This document shows, in pieces, positions 42,117-52,722 of a stretch of DNA of 64,000 nt. Below the pieces are notes generated by a model, which ran no database searches, was not told the DNA's origin, and saw nothing but the letters and a program-made list of their open reading frames with translations. Source of the DNA: Opitutia bacterium. GTDB taxonomy: Bacteria; Verrucomicrobiota; Verrucomicrobiia; Opitutales; T3Sed10-336. The stretch spans positions 33,030 through 97,029 of the forward strand of contig JBJHCF010000015.1 of NCBI GenBank assembly GCA_050506795.1, in the 5' to 3' direction. The first letter of the stretch is position 1, and each line of letters starts with the position of its first letter. A program made the translations under genes and the position numbers.

Positions 42117-42985
42117 AAAAGTTCAAATACAAGACCATTATTCTTTCGGATGTCCACCTGGGGACGTTCGATTGCAAGATCGAGGAGGTGAACGACTTCC
42201 TCAAGTACACCGAGTCGGAAAAGCTGATCCTTAACGGCGATATCATTGACGGATGGAGCTTGCGAGGATCCAGGCGTTGGGACTCGGGCGGTTGGACCAC
42301 CAATCACACGCGTTTCGTGCGGCTGGTGCTGAAGAAGATGGAGAAAAAGAACACTGAGGTCATCTATCTCCGCGGAAATCACGACGATATCCTCAGCCGG
42401 TTTCTGCCTCTCAGTTTTGTCAATCTTCGCGTCGTGGAGGAGTACGTTCACGAGACTCCCAAAGGCGACTACCTGGTCCTTCACGGGGATGTGCTTGACG
42501 CGGTCACCATGAACTACGTGCTGCTCGCCCATGCCGGAGATATCGGCTACAAATGGCTGATGCGCTTCAACCGGATGTACAACCGTTGGCGCGCCTGGCG
42601 CGGCAAGGAGTACTTTTCGCTCAGCAAATACGTCAAAGGACGGGTCAAGAGCGCCGTCAGTTTTGTATCCCGGTACGAGGAGCAAATTGCAAAACTGGCC
42701 CGGAAGAAGCAATGTGTCGGAGTGATTTGCGGTCACATCCATACCCCGGACGACAAATTGATCGATGGGATTCACTATCTCAATTCCGGCGACTGGGTGG
42801 AATCCTTGACCGCGTTGGTCGAGCACATCGACGGTACGTTCGAAATTATCGAGTATTCGGAATTTCGTCGAAAGCTGGAAGCGATGCACGGCGCTGATGC
42901 CGTTCCCGGGAAGGCTGATTTGGACAAGGATGACGAGTCGCCATGGATAGGTTCACTGCCGTTCGGTTGCGTGCAAACCTCGTAG
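42113..42985 (+). CDS. Metallophosphoesterase, LpxH2/PlcP-like
   Basis: SDVHLG, NGDIIDGW, GNHD, HGD, CGHIH, YLNSGDWVES. Confidence 0.88.
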   Translation: MKKFKYKTIILSDVHLGTFDCKIEEVNDFLKYTESEKLILNGDIIDGWSLRGSRRWDSGGWTTNHTRFVRLVLKKMEKKNTEVIYLRGNHDDILSRFLPLSFVNLRVVEEYVHETPKGDYLVLHGDVLDAVTMNYVLLAHAGDIGYKWLMRFNRMYNRWRAWRGKEYFSLSKYVKGRVKSAVSFVSRYEEQIAKLARKKQCVGVICGHIHTPDDKLIDGIHYLNSGDWVESLTALVEHIDGTFEIIEYSEFRRKLEAMHGADAVPGKADLDKDDESPWIGSLPFGCVQTS

Positions 42986-43458
42986 CGCCCAGCTTCAGCG
43001 GGCGTCTCTGCGGTGTGAGGACGGTCGTCAAGAAGGAACTCCTGCTAAAGCAAGGAGCTACGGTGAATGCTGAACCCGTAGCGCCCAGCTTCAGCGGGCG
43101 TCTTTGCGGTGTGAGGACGGCCGCCGTTTCAAAGAAGGAACTCCTGCTAAAGCAAGGAGCTACGGGGAATGCTGAACCCGTAGCGCCCAGCTTCAGCAGG
43201 CGTCTCTGCGGTGTGAGGACGGTCGTCAAGAAGGAACTCCTGCTAAAGCAAGGAGCTACGGTGAATGCTGAACCCGTAGCGCCCAGCTTCAGCGGGCGTC
43301 TCTGCGGTGTGAGGACGGTCGCCAAGAAGGAACTCCTGCTAAAGCAAGGAGCTACGGTGAATGCTGAACCCGTAGCGCCCAGCTTCAGCGGGCGTCTCTG
43401 CGGTGTGAGGACGGCCGCCGTTTCAAAGAAGGAACTCCTGCTAAAGCAAGGAGCTACG
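42981..43458. repeat. BIME-like tandem array of five 96/102-bp units of paired GTAG-type REPs
   Basis: Units start at 42981, 43077, 43179, 43275 and 43371. Confidence 0.92.
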
Positions 43459-43502
43459 TAGGGCCAGGGACGTGGGGAACGATAATCTGTCTTTTGCGCC
43501 AA

Positions 43503-43531
43503 TGTAACGCGAAAGCCACACGTTCGTAACA
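43503..43531 (+). promoter_or_regulatory. Pho-box-like repeats upstream of pstS
   Basis: GTAAC/GCCAC/GTAAC at 43504, 43515 and 43526 (11-bp period). Confidence 0.55.
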
Positions 43532-43594
43532 AAGTTCAGGTAGATTCAGGCCGTCTCGCAGAGATGAATAACCACTCAAAACAATAGAAAAGAG

Positions 43595-44572
43595 ATGATG
43601 ATTATTAACACGAAGAAGATTATCGCTCCCCTGAGCGGACTGATTGCCCTCGGAGGGATTTCGCTCCAGGCGGCCGAAGACCTTGTCGATCCGAACCTGC
43701 CCGAGTACACTCGTGTTTCCGGCGTGTCGGGTAACTTGAATTCCATTGGTTCGGACACCCTGAACAACCTAATGCAGCTCTGGGCTGAAGGTTTCCGGGA
43801 AATTTACCCGAACGTCAACGTGCAGATCGAAGGCGCGGGGTCCGGCACCGCTCCGGTCGCGCTGATCGAAGGCACCGCCCAGATCGGCCCGATGAGCCGC
43901 GAAATGCGTCAAACGGAAATCGAAAGCTTCGAGGGTGTGTATGGCTACGCGCCGACCGAGGTTCGCGTTGCTATCGATGGAATAGCCGTTTACGTCCACC
44001 GCGAAAACCCGATCCGGGGATTGACCCTTCAGCAGGTGGACGGAATCTTTTCCAGCACCAACCGTTTGGGAGGAACTACCCTCAACACCTGGGGCGACGC
44101 CGGAATGACTGGGGTCTGGGCCAACCGTTCCATCTCCATCTACGGACGTAACTCCGCGTCGGGTACCTACGGATTCTTTCGCAACGCCGCCATGGGCGGA
44201 GGAGACTTCCGTTCGGCGGTCGCGGAACAGCCCGGTTCTTCCGCCGTGGTGCAGAGTGTCGCCGCGAATCGTTTTGGTATCGGTTACTCGGGCATCGGTT
44301 ATTTGACTTCCGGGGTCCGTACCGTTCCGATTTCTCAGGACGGCGAGAACTTCTACGAAGTGAATGCGGAGAACTGCATCAGCGGAGATTATCCGATCGC
44401 CCGCTTTCTGATCTTGTATGTGAACAAGAATCCGCGTGAGGAAATGGACACCTTGACCTACGAGTTCCTGCGTTTCGCGCTTTCCCGCCAGGGACAGGAA
44501 ATCGTGGCTCGCGAAGGTTTCTTCCCGATGCCTCTTCAGGTGGTCGATCAGGTCTTGGCCTCGTTGAAATAA
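43595..44572 (+). CDS. pstS: Phosphate ABC transporter substrate-binding protein
   Basis: GSDTL, GSGTA, GRNSASGT, YPIARFL. Confidence 0.95.
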   Translation: MMIINTKKIIAPLSGLIALGGISLQAAEDLVDPNLPEYTRVSGVSGNLNSIGSDTLNNLMQLWAEGFREIYPNVNVQIEGAGSGTAPVALIEGTAQIGPMSREMRQTEIESFEGVYGYAPTEVRVAIDGIAVYVHRENPIRGLTLQQVDGIFSSTNRLGGTTLNTWGDAGMTGVWANRSISIYGRNSASGTYGFFRNAAMGGGDFRSAVAEQPGSSAVVQSVAANRFGIGYSGIGYLTSGVRTVPISQDGENFYEVNAENCISGDYPIARFLILYVNKNPREEMDTLTYEFLRFALSRQGQEIVAREGFFPMPLQVVDQVLASLK

Positions 44573-44591
44573 TTGCAAAGACCTATGAACC

Positions 44592-44620
44592 GGGGCGGGA
44601 TTCGCTTTGAATCCCGCCTC
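44592..44620 (+). terminator. Intercistronic stem-loop after pstS
   Basis: GGCGGGATTC-GCTTT-GAATCCCGCC. Confidence 0.65.
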
Positions 44621-44701
44621 CCTACTTTTAACGAGAAAAACAGAGCTGCCTCCAACCTAATCAGTCACCGGCTTTACTCCCAGACGCAATAGATCCGATC
44701 C

Positions 44702-47020
44702 ATGCCCGAAAAATCCGAACAATCCAAACTCAAGAGCATTCCGGAACGTTTCAGGGTGTCGCGTTCCACCTTGGTCTTCGACCAGTTGATGAATCAACTG
44801 ATCAAGGTCGGTGGCATTGCGATTATTGCGGCGGTTGGCAGTATCTTTCTTTTTATCTTCATACAAATTCTCCCCCTGTTCCGCGGGGCGTCGGTTTCGC
44901 ACGATAGAACTTTCGATCTGGAAGATCTCGAAGTGGAGGCGGTGGGAATCGACCCTTGGTCGGAGTTGCCGCTTTTTGTGTCGCCTGATGGCACCTTCAA
45001 ATTTTTCGACATCGCGTATCTCGACACGGATTACAATCGCGGATTTTTCACGGTGCGTCCGGATTTTCCGGAAGGCACCGAGTTTCCTTTCGTACGCTAC
45101 GATCAACGACGCAATTCGGCCTTGTTCGGTACGGGCGACGGACGTTTTTCCGCCGTCGCAGTGACTTTCAATCAAACGCATCCTCCCCACCGGTCCCGCG
45201 AAGTTGTGCCCGAAGTGACGGCCAGCCCGTTGTTGCGGCTGGGACGGGACGACGCTCCTTACGAGCACATTGAGTACGTCGACGCCGGCCGCAATAAGCT
45301 GGCTGTCGCGATCCAGCGGGTCGATGGCCGGCAGGTACTGTATGCGCTGACGCTATCGCAGCGGCAGACGCTGCTCGGTCCGGGACCCCTGACCCGCGAG
45401 CGTGAGTTTGCTCTGACCGATTTGTTCGAAGGCGAACCGACCTTTGTGCGGATTACGGCGGACACTGATTTCGTAATCGTTGGCACGACGGATGGAGACG
45501 TGCACCTTCTGGCCCGTGCCGCCGACGGATTCTCGTTGCGGCAGACCGTGCGACCATTCGCCGGCACGGCCGATGAAACGATTCACTCCATGGATTTCAT
45601 GTTCGGCGACCTTTCTCTGGTTTTCACGAACAGTGAAGGCCGAAACGTGATGTACAGCGTCTTCCATGAAGAGGAGCGAGGTTACCGGATTCTTGGGAGG
45701 ACCAAAGAATTCGAACGCCTGCCTTTTGAGAGTGGGGCTACCTTCTATTCGACCAGTTTGCGAAACAAGGCGTTTTTGATCGGGGCTGGAGATTTTGCAG
45801 CGATCCGCTATGCCACCACAAAACGAACGCGTTGGGAAAGCACGTTGGACTTTGAGGTGCGTCACGCCGTTTTGGGACCGAGGTACGATAAGATCGTTTT
45901 TGTGGATACGGAGAATCGCCTTCACCTGTTCGACTTGGTAGACCGTCACCCGGAGACCGGATTGCGTGCCTATTTCGGACGGATTCACTACGAAGGCCGT
46001 GCGGGCCCGGAATTCATGTGGCAATCGACCGGCGGGGGGGACGATTTTGAACCGAAGATTTCGATGGTACCGCTGATCATAGGAACGATGAAAGGAACCG
46101 TTTACGCTATGATGTTCGCGGTGCCCATTGCGCTATTGGCGGCGTTGTACACCTCCCAGTTCCTGAAGCCCGAACTCAGACGCATTGTGAAACCGGTCAT
46201 GGAGATTATGGAATCGGTGCCGACGGTGGTGCTCGGATTCCTCGCAGCTCTGTGGTTCGCGCCGATTATCAGTGGAAGCGTGCCTTCGGTGTTTCTGGTA
46301 TGTCTGGCGCTTCCGGTTTCGGTGTTCGTCTTCGGCGCAATCATTGCTTCGTTGCCCAAACCTATTCGGGTCTTAATAAAAGACGGTTATGAGTTTCTCT
46401 ATTTCGCGCCCTTTATGTTTTTGGTGGGCTGGGTGGCCTGGTCGCTCGGGCCGGTGTTTGAAGGCATCTTCTTCACGGTCGCGGATCCCGACAGCGGGGT
46501 GGTGGTCGCTGACTTCCGTTTGTGGTGGCAGTTGAATTCGGGGATGTCGTTCGAGCAGCGGAATGCTCTCGTGGTGGGGCTTTTCATGGGCTTCGCCATC
46601 ATTCCGACTATTTTCACGATCGCCGAGGATTCCATGTCCAATGTCCCGGACGCATTTCGTTCCGGTTCGCTGGCGCTGGGCGCCAGCCGGTGGCAAACCG
46701 CGGTGAACGTGGTTCTTCCCACGGCGGCGGCGGGCATCTTTTCCGCGTTGATGATCGGCTTTGGCCGGGCGGTGGGCGAGACTATGATCGTGTTGATGGC
46801 GACCGGGAACACTCCGGTGATGAACTTTAATATGTTCGAGGGCATGCGAACACTGGCTGCGAACATCGCCGTTGAACTGCCGGAAGCGGCCCAGGGAGGC
46901 AGTCTTTATCGCTCCCTGTTCCTGGGAGCGATGCTGCTTTTTCTGATGACGTTTGTTGTCAACACGGTGGCCGAGGTTTTGCGCCAGCGACTTAGGGACC
47001 GGTTCAAGGCGGTCGAGTAA
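44702..47020 (+). CDS. pstC: Phosphate ABC permease, long form with large extracytoplasmic domain
   Basis: SVPTVVLG, GSLALGASRWQT, GRAVGETM. Confidence 0.93.
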   Translation: MPEKSEQSKLKSIPERFRVSRSTLVFDQLMNQLIKVGGIAIIAAVGSIFLFIFIQILPLFRGASVSHDRTFDLEDLEVEAVGIDPWSELPLFVSPDGTFKFFDIAYLDTDYNRGFFTVRPDFPEGTEFPFVRYDQRRNSALFGTGDGRFSAVAVTFNQTHPPHRSREVVPEVTASPLLRLGRDDAPYEHIEYVDAGRNKLAVAIQRVDGRQVLYALTLSQRQTLLGPGPLTREREFALTDLFEGEPTFVRITADTDFVIVGTTDGDVHLLARAADGFSLRQTVRPFAGTADETIHSMDFMFGDLSLVFTNSEGRNVMYSVFHEEERGYRILGRTKEFERLPFESGATFYSTSLRNKAFLIGAGDFAAIRYATTKRTRWESTLDFEVRHAVLGPRYDKIVFVDTENRLHLFDLVDRHPETGLRAYFGRIHYEGRAGPEFMWQSTGGGDDFEPKISMVPLIIGTMKGTVYAMMFAVPIALLAALYTSQFLKPELRRIVKPVMEIMESVPTVVLGFLAALWFAPIISGSVPSVFLVCLALPVSVFVFGAIIASLPKPIRVLIKDGYEFLYFAPFMFLVGWVAWSLGPVFEGIFFTVADPDSGVVVADFRLWWQLNSGMSFEQRNALVVGLFMGFAIIPTIFTIAEDSMSNVPDAFRSGSLALGASRWQTAVNVVLPTAAAGIFSALMIGFGRAVGETMIVLMATGNTPVMNFNMFEGMRTLAANIAVELPEAAQGGSLYRSLFLGAMLLFLMTFVVNTVAEVLRQRLRDRFKAVE

Positions 47021-47058
47021 CCCATGAATAACGTCGATAATATATTTTTCCCTGTCCG

Positions 47059-48810
47059 ATGAATCGAATGAAAGGCAACGACAAATCCGTTCGCAATGTA
47101 AAGACACCCTCGGGTGAGGTGGGGGTGTGGTTCACCTCGATGGGTTTGGCTCTGGGCTTGAGCATGGTGGTGCTGCTGTTCGGACTGATCTTTGTCCGCG
47201 GGTTCGGCTTTTTCTGGCCGGTACCCGTGATGCAGATCGAATTGCAGGAGGACAGCGAGGCCGCGTTCCGTGGCGCCACCACCTTTGCGGGAGCTCTGGC
47301 GAAAACCCAGCAGCGAATCGACCGAATCGTTGCGGAGAGGGTTGAGGAGTTCGAAGAGGAACAAGAAGAAGGATCCGGGCCGCCGGCCATGATCGTGGAT
47401 ACCTACACGGAAATCCAACTCTTTGTCGGCAACCGCGATTTTTATGGGCAGTCCTTTCGGTATTTCCGCGAGGACGAGATCCTTGCGACCACGTTTCCCG
47501 AGGGCATCGTCCGGGCGGAGCGCCGTATCGAGGGCGATGGCATCTTTTTTCCGAAACGTATCGTCCAGGTGGATGGTTCGGAGATTACCGTGGATGAGGA
47601 CGGGTTCGAGGAAACGATGGCCCGGTTGGTGCGGGAAGCCCGGGCGCGGCGGGCCGAGATCAATCGGATCGACCGTAGGGAAATTGGAGCGATCAATCTT
47701 GAGATTAACGACATCCAATTGGAACTTCGCTATCTGCAACGGCACTCGGAGGAAAGCGACGCACGGGACAGGCGAATCGCGACGCTCGAAGCGCGCGCCG
47801 ATAGCCTGAGGGAATCGTTTGCGGTTCTGGAACAGAGGGCTGACGAATTGCGGCAACTCAACCGCGGCAACACGCTGTTTTTTCAACGGGCGGATGGAAG
47901 CGAAGGCCAAATGGCCATTGGTGATCTATATCGATTCCACTATCCGAACCGAATAGGTTTTCTCGATCGGGTCGGATTGTTTGGTATACATTTTTGGGAT
48001 TTTGTGAGTGGTTACCCACGCGATGCCAATATGGAGGGCGGCATTTTCCCGGCGATTTTCGGGACCCTGGTCATGACGCTGATCATGAGTATCGCGGTGA
48101 CGCCATTCGGCGTGATTGCCGCGATATATCTGCGTGAATACGCGCGGCAGGGACCGATGGTCCGTTCGGTGCGGATCGCGGTCAACAACCTCGCCGGTGT
48201 TCCCTCTATTGTGTACGGCGTTTTCGGTTTGGGATTCTTCGTTTATTTTGTGGGTGGGTCGATCGACGCCCTGTTTTATCCGATGTCGACCGAGATGAAC
48301 GTTCCCACCTTCGGCACCGGAGGTATTCTCTGGGCCGGGTTGACCCTGGCATTGTTGAACCTGCCAGTGGTTATCGTCGCGACCGAGGAGGCGATCACGG
48401 CTGTCCCGAGGGGCGTCCGTGAGGGATCGCTTGCCTGTGGCGCCTCCAAATGGCAAACGATGCAGCGACTCGTCATCCCCTCGTCGGCCCCCGGTATCCT
48501 TACCGGAATGATCCTGGCAATGGCGCGCGGCGCCGGCGAGGTGGCGCCGTTGATGCTGGTCGGAGTGGTGGCGTTGGCGCCGAACTTGCCGGTCGACACC
48601 AATTTTCCGTTCGTGCATCTTGAGCGCAAGTTCATGCACCTGGGCTTTCACATTTATGATGTCGGTTTTCAATCTCCCGATTCGGAGGCGGCTATCCCGA
48701 CCGTCTTTGCCACCACGCTGATCCTGATCATGCTGATCGTGGCGCTGAACCTGACCGCGATTCTGATACGAAACCACCTTCGTAAGCGGCACAAAGCAAG
48801 CGCTTTTTGA
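47059..48810 (+). CDS. pstA: Phosphate ABC permease with coiled-coil insert
   Basis: GGIFPAIFGT, LAGVPSIVYG, ARGAGEVAPL. Confidence 0.93.
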   Translation: MNRMKGNDKSVRNVKTPSGEVGVWFTSMGLALGLSMVVLLFGLIFVRGFGFFWPVPVMQIELQEDSEAAFRGATTFAGALAKTQQRIDRIVAERVEEFEEEQEEGSGPPAMIVDTYTEIQLFVGNRDFYGQSFRYFREDEILATTFPEGIVRAERRIEGDGIFFPKRIVQVDGSEITVDEDGFEETMARLVREARARRAEINRIDRREIGAINLEINDIQLELRYLQRHSEESDARDRRIATLEARADSLRESFAVLEQRADELRQLNRGNTLFFQRADGSEGQMAIGDLYRFHYPNRIGFLDRVGLFGIHFWDFVSGYPRDANMEGGIFPAIFGTLVMTLIMSIAVTPFGVIAAIYLREYARQGPMVRSVRIAVNNLAGVPSIVYGVFGLGFFVYFVGGSIDALFYPMSTEMNVPTFGTGGILWAGLTLALLNLPVVIVATEEAITAVPRGVREGSLACGASKWQTMQRLVIPSSAPGILTGMILAMARGAGEVAPLMLVGVVALAPNLPVDTNFPFVHLERKFMHLGFHIYDVGFQSPDSEAAIPTVFATTLILIMLIVALNLTAILIRNHLRKRHKASAF

Positions 48811-48839
48811 TTAAAGGTTTATAAACAAGAGATTTAACG

Positions 48840-49703
48840 ATGGATACAAGTAACGACAATTTGAAACGCAGACCGGACGCCGGGGGCGAAGTGTCGCAAT
48901 CGCGTATGCAGGTCGAGCGGCAGGCGCTGGGCGACCGTGGAAAGTACCGGCAGGATTACATAAGTTTCCGGAGCTACAGCTTTTTCTACGGTCCGGCTCA
49001 GGTCCTGTACAATATCGACCTGGCGATGCCAGAGCGTCAGGTGACGGCGCTAATCGGTCCGTCCGGTTGCGGGAAGTCGACCTTGCTGAGGAACATTAAT
49101 CGAATGAACGATCTGATCGACGGCATTCGCCACGAGGGAGAACTTTTGATCGGGGGAGAAAGCGTGTACGATCCCCATCTTGAAGTGATTTCGTTGCGGA
49201 AACAAATCGGGATGGTTTTTCAGAAATCCAATCCGTTTCCGAAGTCAATCTATGAAAACGTCATTTACGGGCTCCGTGTGGCGGGACGAAAGAAGAAGAG
49301 CGTTCTCGACGAAGCGGTGGAGCGCAGCCTTAGACGGGCGGCGTTGTGGGATGAGGTGAAAGACCGTTTGCATGAGAGCGCGTTCAGTCTTTCGGGGGGA
49401 CAAATGCAGCGCCTTTGCATCGCACGCGCGATTGCCAACGATCCGGAAATCATCCTCATGGACGAACCGTGCTCGGCGTTGGATCCCATCGCCACTGGGA
49501 AAATCGAGGATTTGATTCACGAGTTGAAGGAGAACTACACGATCGTGATTGTGACTCATAACATGCAGCAGGCCGCCCGTGTTTCCGACCGAACCGCCTT
49601 TTTCTATCTCGGTAAGCTGATAGAATACGGCGAAACCCAACAAATCTTCATGAATCCAACCAACACCCAGACCGAAGCTTACGTCTCCGGACGTTTCGGT
49701 TGA
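48840..49703 (+). CDS. pstB: Phosphate ABC ATPase
   Basis: [33 protein letters not shown]. Confidence 0.96.
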   Translation: MDTSNDNLKRRPDAGGEVSQSRMQVERQALGDRGKYRQDYISFRSYSFFYGPAQVLYNIDLAMPERQVTALIGPSGCGKSTLLRNINRMNDLIDGIRHEGELLIGGESVYDPHLEVISLRKQIGMVFQKSNPFPKSIYENVIYGLRVAGRKKKSVLDEAVERSLRRAALWDEVKDRLHESAFSLSGGQMQRLCIARAIANDPEIILMDEPCSALDPIATGKIEDLIHELKENYTIVIVTHNMQQAARVSDRTAFFYLGKLIEYGETQQIFMNPTNTQTEAYVSGRFG

Positions 49704-49750
49704 TCGGTTCTTTATGGCTCTGGAATCATTTCAACCTTATCAGAAATAGT

Positions 49751-50419
49751 ATGAAACGATTTTTCGACGAAGAACTCAACACGCTCCGCTCCCACCTTTC
49801 GCTGATGGGTGAAAAGGCGATCGAGCAATTGCGTACTGCCATCAAGGCCCTGGTCGAGCGCGATCGTGAAGCGGCCGAACAAGTGCGGCGCAACGACGAC
49901 ATTCTCGACGAACTGGAAGTGAAGATCGACGAGGAGGCGATCCGCTTCGTCGGCCTGCGCGGACCGGTTGCGCGGGAACTACGGCTGGTTATTGTCGGTA
50001 TGAAAGCGGGTCACGACCTCGAACGGGTGGGGGACGAAGCCAACAATATCGCCAAACGCGCGCTCAAGCTCGTGGACGAGCAACCGGTCAAGGAATACGT
50101 GGACATTCCACGGATGGCGTCCATGGCTGAGGAAATGCTCCGTGACGCCCTCAGCGCCTTTTTTGATGGCGATGAAGCCAAGGCGATCGATGTCTGTCAG
50201 CGCGACGGCGAGGTGGACAAGCTCAACAAGCAGCTCTACCGGGAACTGGTCGGCTGCATCTCGGAAAGACCGTCGACCACCACGGCGGCCATCGAGTTGA
50301 TGTTCGTTTCCAAAGCGCTGGAACGCATCGCTGATCACGCTACCAATATCGCGGAGGAAGTGATTTACCTACTCAGGGGTAAGGATGTTCGCCATACCAA
50401 AGAGGTCAGTCCGGATTGA
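49751..50419 (+). CDS. phoU: Phosphate signalling protein
   Basis: DLERVGD and LERIADHATNIAE. Confidence 0.95.
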   Translation: MKRFFDEELNTLRSHLSLMGEKAIEQLRTAIKALVERDREAAEQVRRNDDILDELEVKIDEEAIRFVGLRGPVARELRLVIVGMKAGHDLERVGDEANNIAKRALKLVDEQPVKEYVDIPRMASMAEEMLRDALSAFFDGDEAKAIDVCQRDGEVDKLNKQLYRELVGCISERPSTTTAAIELMFVSKALERIADHATNIAEEVIYLLRGKDVRHTKEVSPD

Positions 50420-50530
50420 CCGGTTGCTCAACCGCCGACACCAGGAGGCGGGAATGGTGCGGTGAGCGGCAAACCGGTTAGGTTCCGGTAATGCTTGCCA
50501 AGGCCGGGGGATATTGCTTATCCTGCGCTT

Positions 50531-51190
50531 ATGCCCAGCAAGCATGTCCCGTTGAGTGCTTCTCTCGTCGATTACATCGAGCGGTGCCACAGTCACAGTG
50601 AAGATCCCCTCCTGCACGAACTCCGGGAGGAGACGCAGGCGCTTGGGGACATTAGCGTGATGCAGATTACGCCGGAGCAAGGTGCGTTTCTTTCGCTTCT
50701 GGTCGGTGCGCTTGGGGTTCGACGACCGATCGAAGTCGGCACCTTTACCGGTTACAGTGCCATTTGCTTGGCCCGGCCGTTGCCCGAGGATGGGACCTTG
50801 TTGTGCCTGGATTCCAGTGAGGAATGGACCGGTATGGCGCGTACGTACTGGGAGAGAGCGGGGGTTCTGGATCGCATTGAACTTATGCTGGGAGATGCGG
50901 AGGATTCACTTCAGTCCTTCCCGAATGAGCCTCTGTTCGATTTTGCTTTCATCGACGCCGATAAGACCCGCTACGACGCCTATTTCGAGCTGTTGCTCCC
51001 CAGGCTGGAGAAGGGCAGTGTCATGGTTTTCGACAATATGCTCTGGGGGGGGCGGGTTTTGCCGGAGCCGCTGGTGGAGCCCGACGCTCGGGCCATCAAC
51101 TCTTTGAACCGCAAGTTGGCTTGCGATCTGCGAGTGGAATCGGTCCTGCTGCCGGTGGCGGACGGCTTGAATATCTGCCGTAAGCTTTAA
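50531..51190 (+). CDS. Caffeoyl-CoA-type O-methyltransferase
   Basis: EVGTFTGYS, FIDADK, DNMLWGG. Confidence 0.92.
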   Translation: MPSKHVPLSASLVDYIERCHSHSEDPLLHELREETQALGDISVMQITPEQGAFLSLLVGALGVRRPIEVGTFTGYSAICLARPLPEDGTLLCLDSSEEWTGMARTYWERAGVLDRIELMLGDAEDSLQSFPNEPLFDFAFIDADKTRYDAYFELLLPRLEKGSVMVFDNMLWGGRVLPEPLVEPDARAINSLNRKLACDLRVESVLLPVADGLNICRKL

Positions 51191-51200
51191 TCCGAAAAGG

Positions 51201-51231
51201 CAAAGGCCCCGGACCAGGTCCGGGGCCTTTG
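51201..51231. terminator. Bidirectional terminator
   Basis: AAAGGCCCCGGACC...GGTCCGGGGCCTTT between convergent genes. Confidence 0.85.
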
Positions 51232-51250
51232 GTGGCGGATGAGGGTCTCC

Positions 51251-52387
51251 TCAATTTGCCGGTTCGATGCGGAAAAGGCTGGATGAGGAATGGTCGTTGA
51301 GCACGTAAATGTACCCGTCCGGACCCTCGCGAACATCACGAATCCGGCCGACCTTCCCGAGGAGAAGCTCCTCGTCGTGAATCACCTCGTGATCGCGAAT
51401 CACCAGGCGGCGGATCCTTTCGCTTTGCAGGCCACCGGCCAGGAGGTCGCCTTGCCATCGGGGAAAGCGATCCGAAGTGACCAACGCCAAACCGGACGGA
51501 GCATGGGTCGGCAGAAGTTCGTAAACGGGGTCCACCATCCCTTCCATGGTCCGGGCCTGCGCCTCGCGAATCGGCGCCTGGCTTCCGTAGTCGAGACCGA
51601 GGGTGACGACCGGCCAGCCGTAGTTTTCGCCCGCCTGATGGAAATTCAACTCGTCACCTCCGCGCGGACCGTGCTCGGTCGACCAGATTTCGCCGTTTTC
51701 CGGATTAACGATCAGACCCTGGATGTTGCGGTGACCGTAGCTGTAGATCTCGTCGTGTGCCTCGTCGTTGTCCAAAAAGGGATTGCCGGCGGCGGGTGAA
51801 CCGTCGTCATTCAACCGCAGCAGGGTTCCGGCATGGTCGCCAAGATCCTGGGCGCGCGGCGGCTGGGAGCCCCGGTCTCCGATGCTCATGAGCAGATGGC
51901 CGTCGTTGGTCCAGGCCAGACGCGAACCGTAGTGGCGCCCCGGACCGGAGCCGCGGTCCTGGGTGAAAATTTGTTCGACATCCACCAGAGAATCCCCGTC
52001 GAGCCTTCCCCGTACCAGGGTGGTGGCTGTGCCACCGCTTGCCCGGCGGGAGTAGGTCAGGTAGATCCAGTCCTGGTCGGGGTAATCGTGGTGCAGCAGG
52101 ATGTCCATCAGTCCCCCCTGGCCGGTGGCTTGAATGTCGTTGGGCAGTCCGGAGACCCGGGTGAGTTCGCCGTTTTCGACCAACTGAAGCCGGCCTTCCC
52201 GTTCGGTGATCAACATGCGACCGTCCGGCAGGAAGGCTACCGCCCAGGGATGGCGCAGGCCGTCAACCACTTCGACAATGCGAATGTGATGATACTGGGT
52301 GCGTTCCTCGCCCACCACGTTCTCAGCCGGGGAAATCAGCGGCATTGCCAGCAGCGGCACGGTGGCTAGGAGCAGGGCTTTTTTCAT
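51251..52387 (-). CDS. PQQ-dependent sugar dehydrogenase (YliI-like)
   Basis: Signal peptide; PWAVAFLPDG, GQGGL, GHRNIQG, EHGPRGGDELN. Confidence 0.92.
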   Translation of the reverse strand: MKKALLLATVPLLAMPLISPAENVVGEERTQYHHIRIVEVVDGLRHPWAVAFLPDGRMLITEREGRLQLVENGELTRVSGLPNDIQATGQGGLMDILLHHDYPDQDWIYLTYSRRASGGTATTLVRGRLDGDSLVDVEQIFTQDRGSGPGRHYGSRLAWTNDGHLLMSIGDRGSQPPRAQDLGDHAGTLLRLNDDGSPAAGNPFLDNDEAHDEIYSYGHRNIQGLIVNPENGEIWSTEHGPRGGDELNFHQAGENYGWPVVTLGLDYGSQAPIREAQARTMEGMVDPVYELLPTHAPSGLALVTSDRFPRWQGDLLAGGLQSERIRRLVIRDHEVIHDEELLLGKVGRIRDVREGPDGYIYVLNDHSSSSLFRIEPAN

Positions 52388-52560
52388 AGAGCTACGTCGG
52401 GTGCGGGGTTGGGAGTTAGGATCGTAGGATTCGGTTCTGGGATGATTCATGGGCTAGGTGGTTTCTTTTTTCGATTTAGTTTCAAGAATGTGAAAGAGCT
52501 AATGTGCACGTTCGGCTCGATTGCTCAAGGCCTCATGGCAAATTCCTGGGTACGGGGAAC

Positions 52561-52595
52561 AAGAAAGAGCCGGGGAATCCGACATCCCCGGCTCT
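52561..52595 (-). terminator. Rho-independent terminator
   Basis: AGAGCCGGGGA-N8-TCCCCGGCTCT with a minus-strand T-rich tail. Confidence 0.7.
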
Positions 52596-52722
52596 CAATG
52601 TTTTCAGCATCTCACCAACGGCTCGATTACCTGTACCTTGCTAACGGGCCGGAGTGAAATTTCTTGCGGCGGGCCTGCACGTGTTCCGCTCAGGCCTCGC
52701 TTGTAATGAGACGAACTTTCCG

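Noticed and set aside
42981..43458. Possible CRISPR array
   Set aside because: The intervening sequences are near-identical rather than unique spacers, and there are no cas genes; it is a tandem REP array.
42846..43532. Repeat-protein ORFs on both strands
   Set aside because: A by-product of 96/102-bp DNA repeats with palindromic structure.
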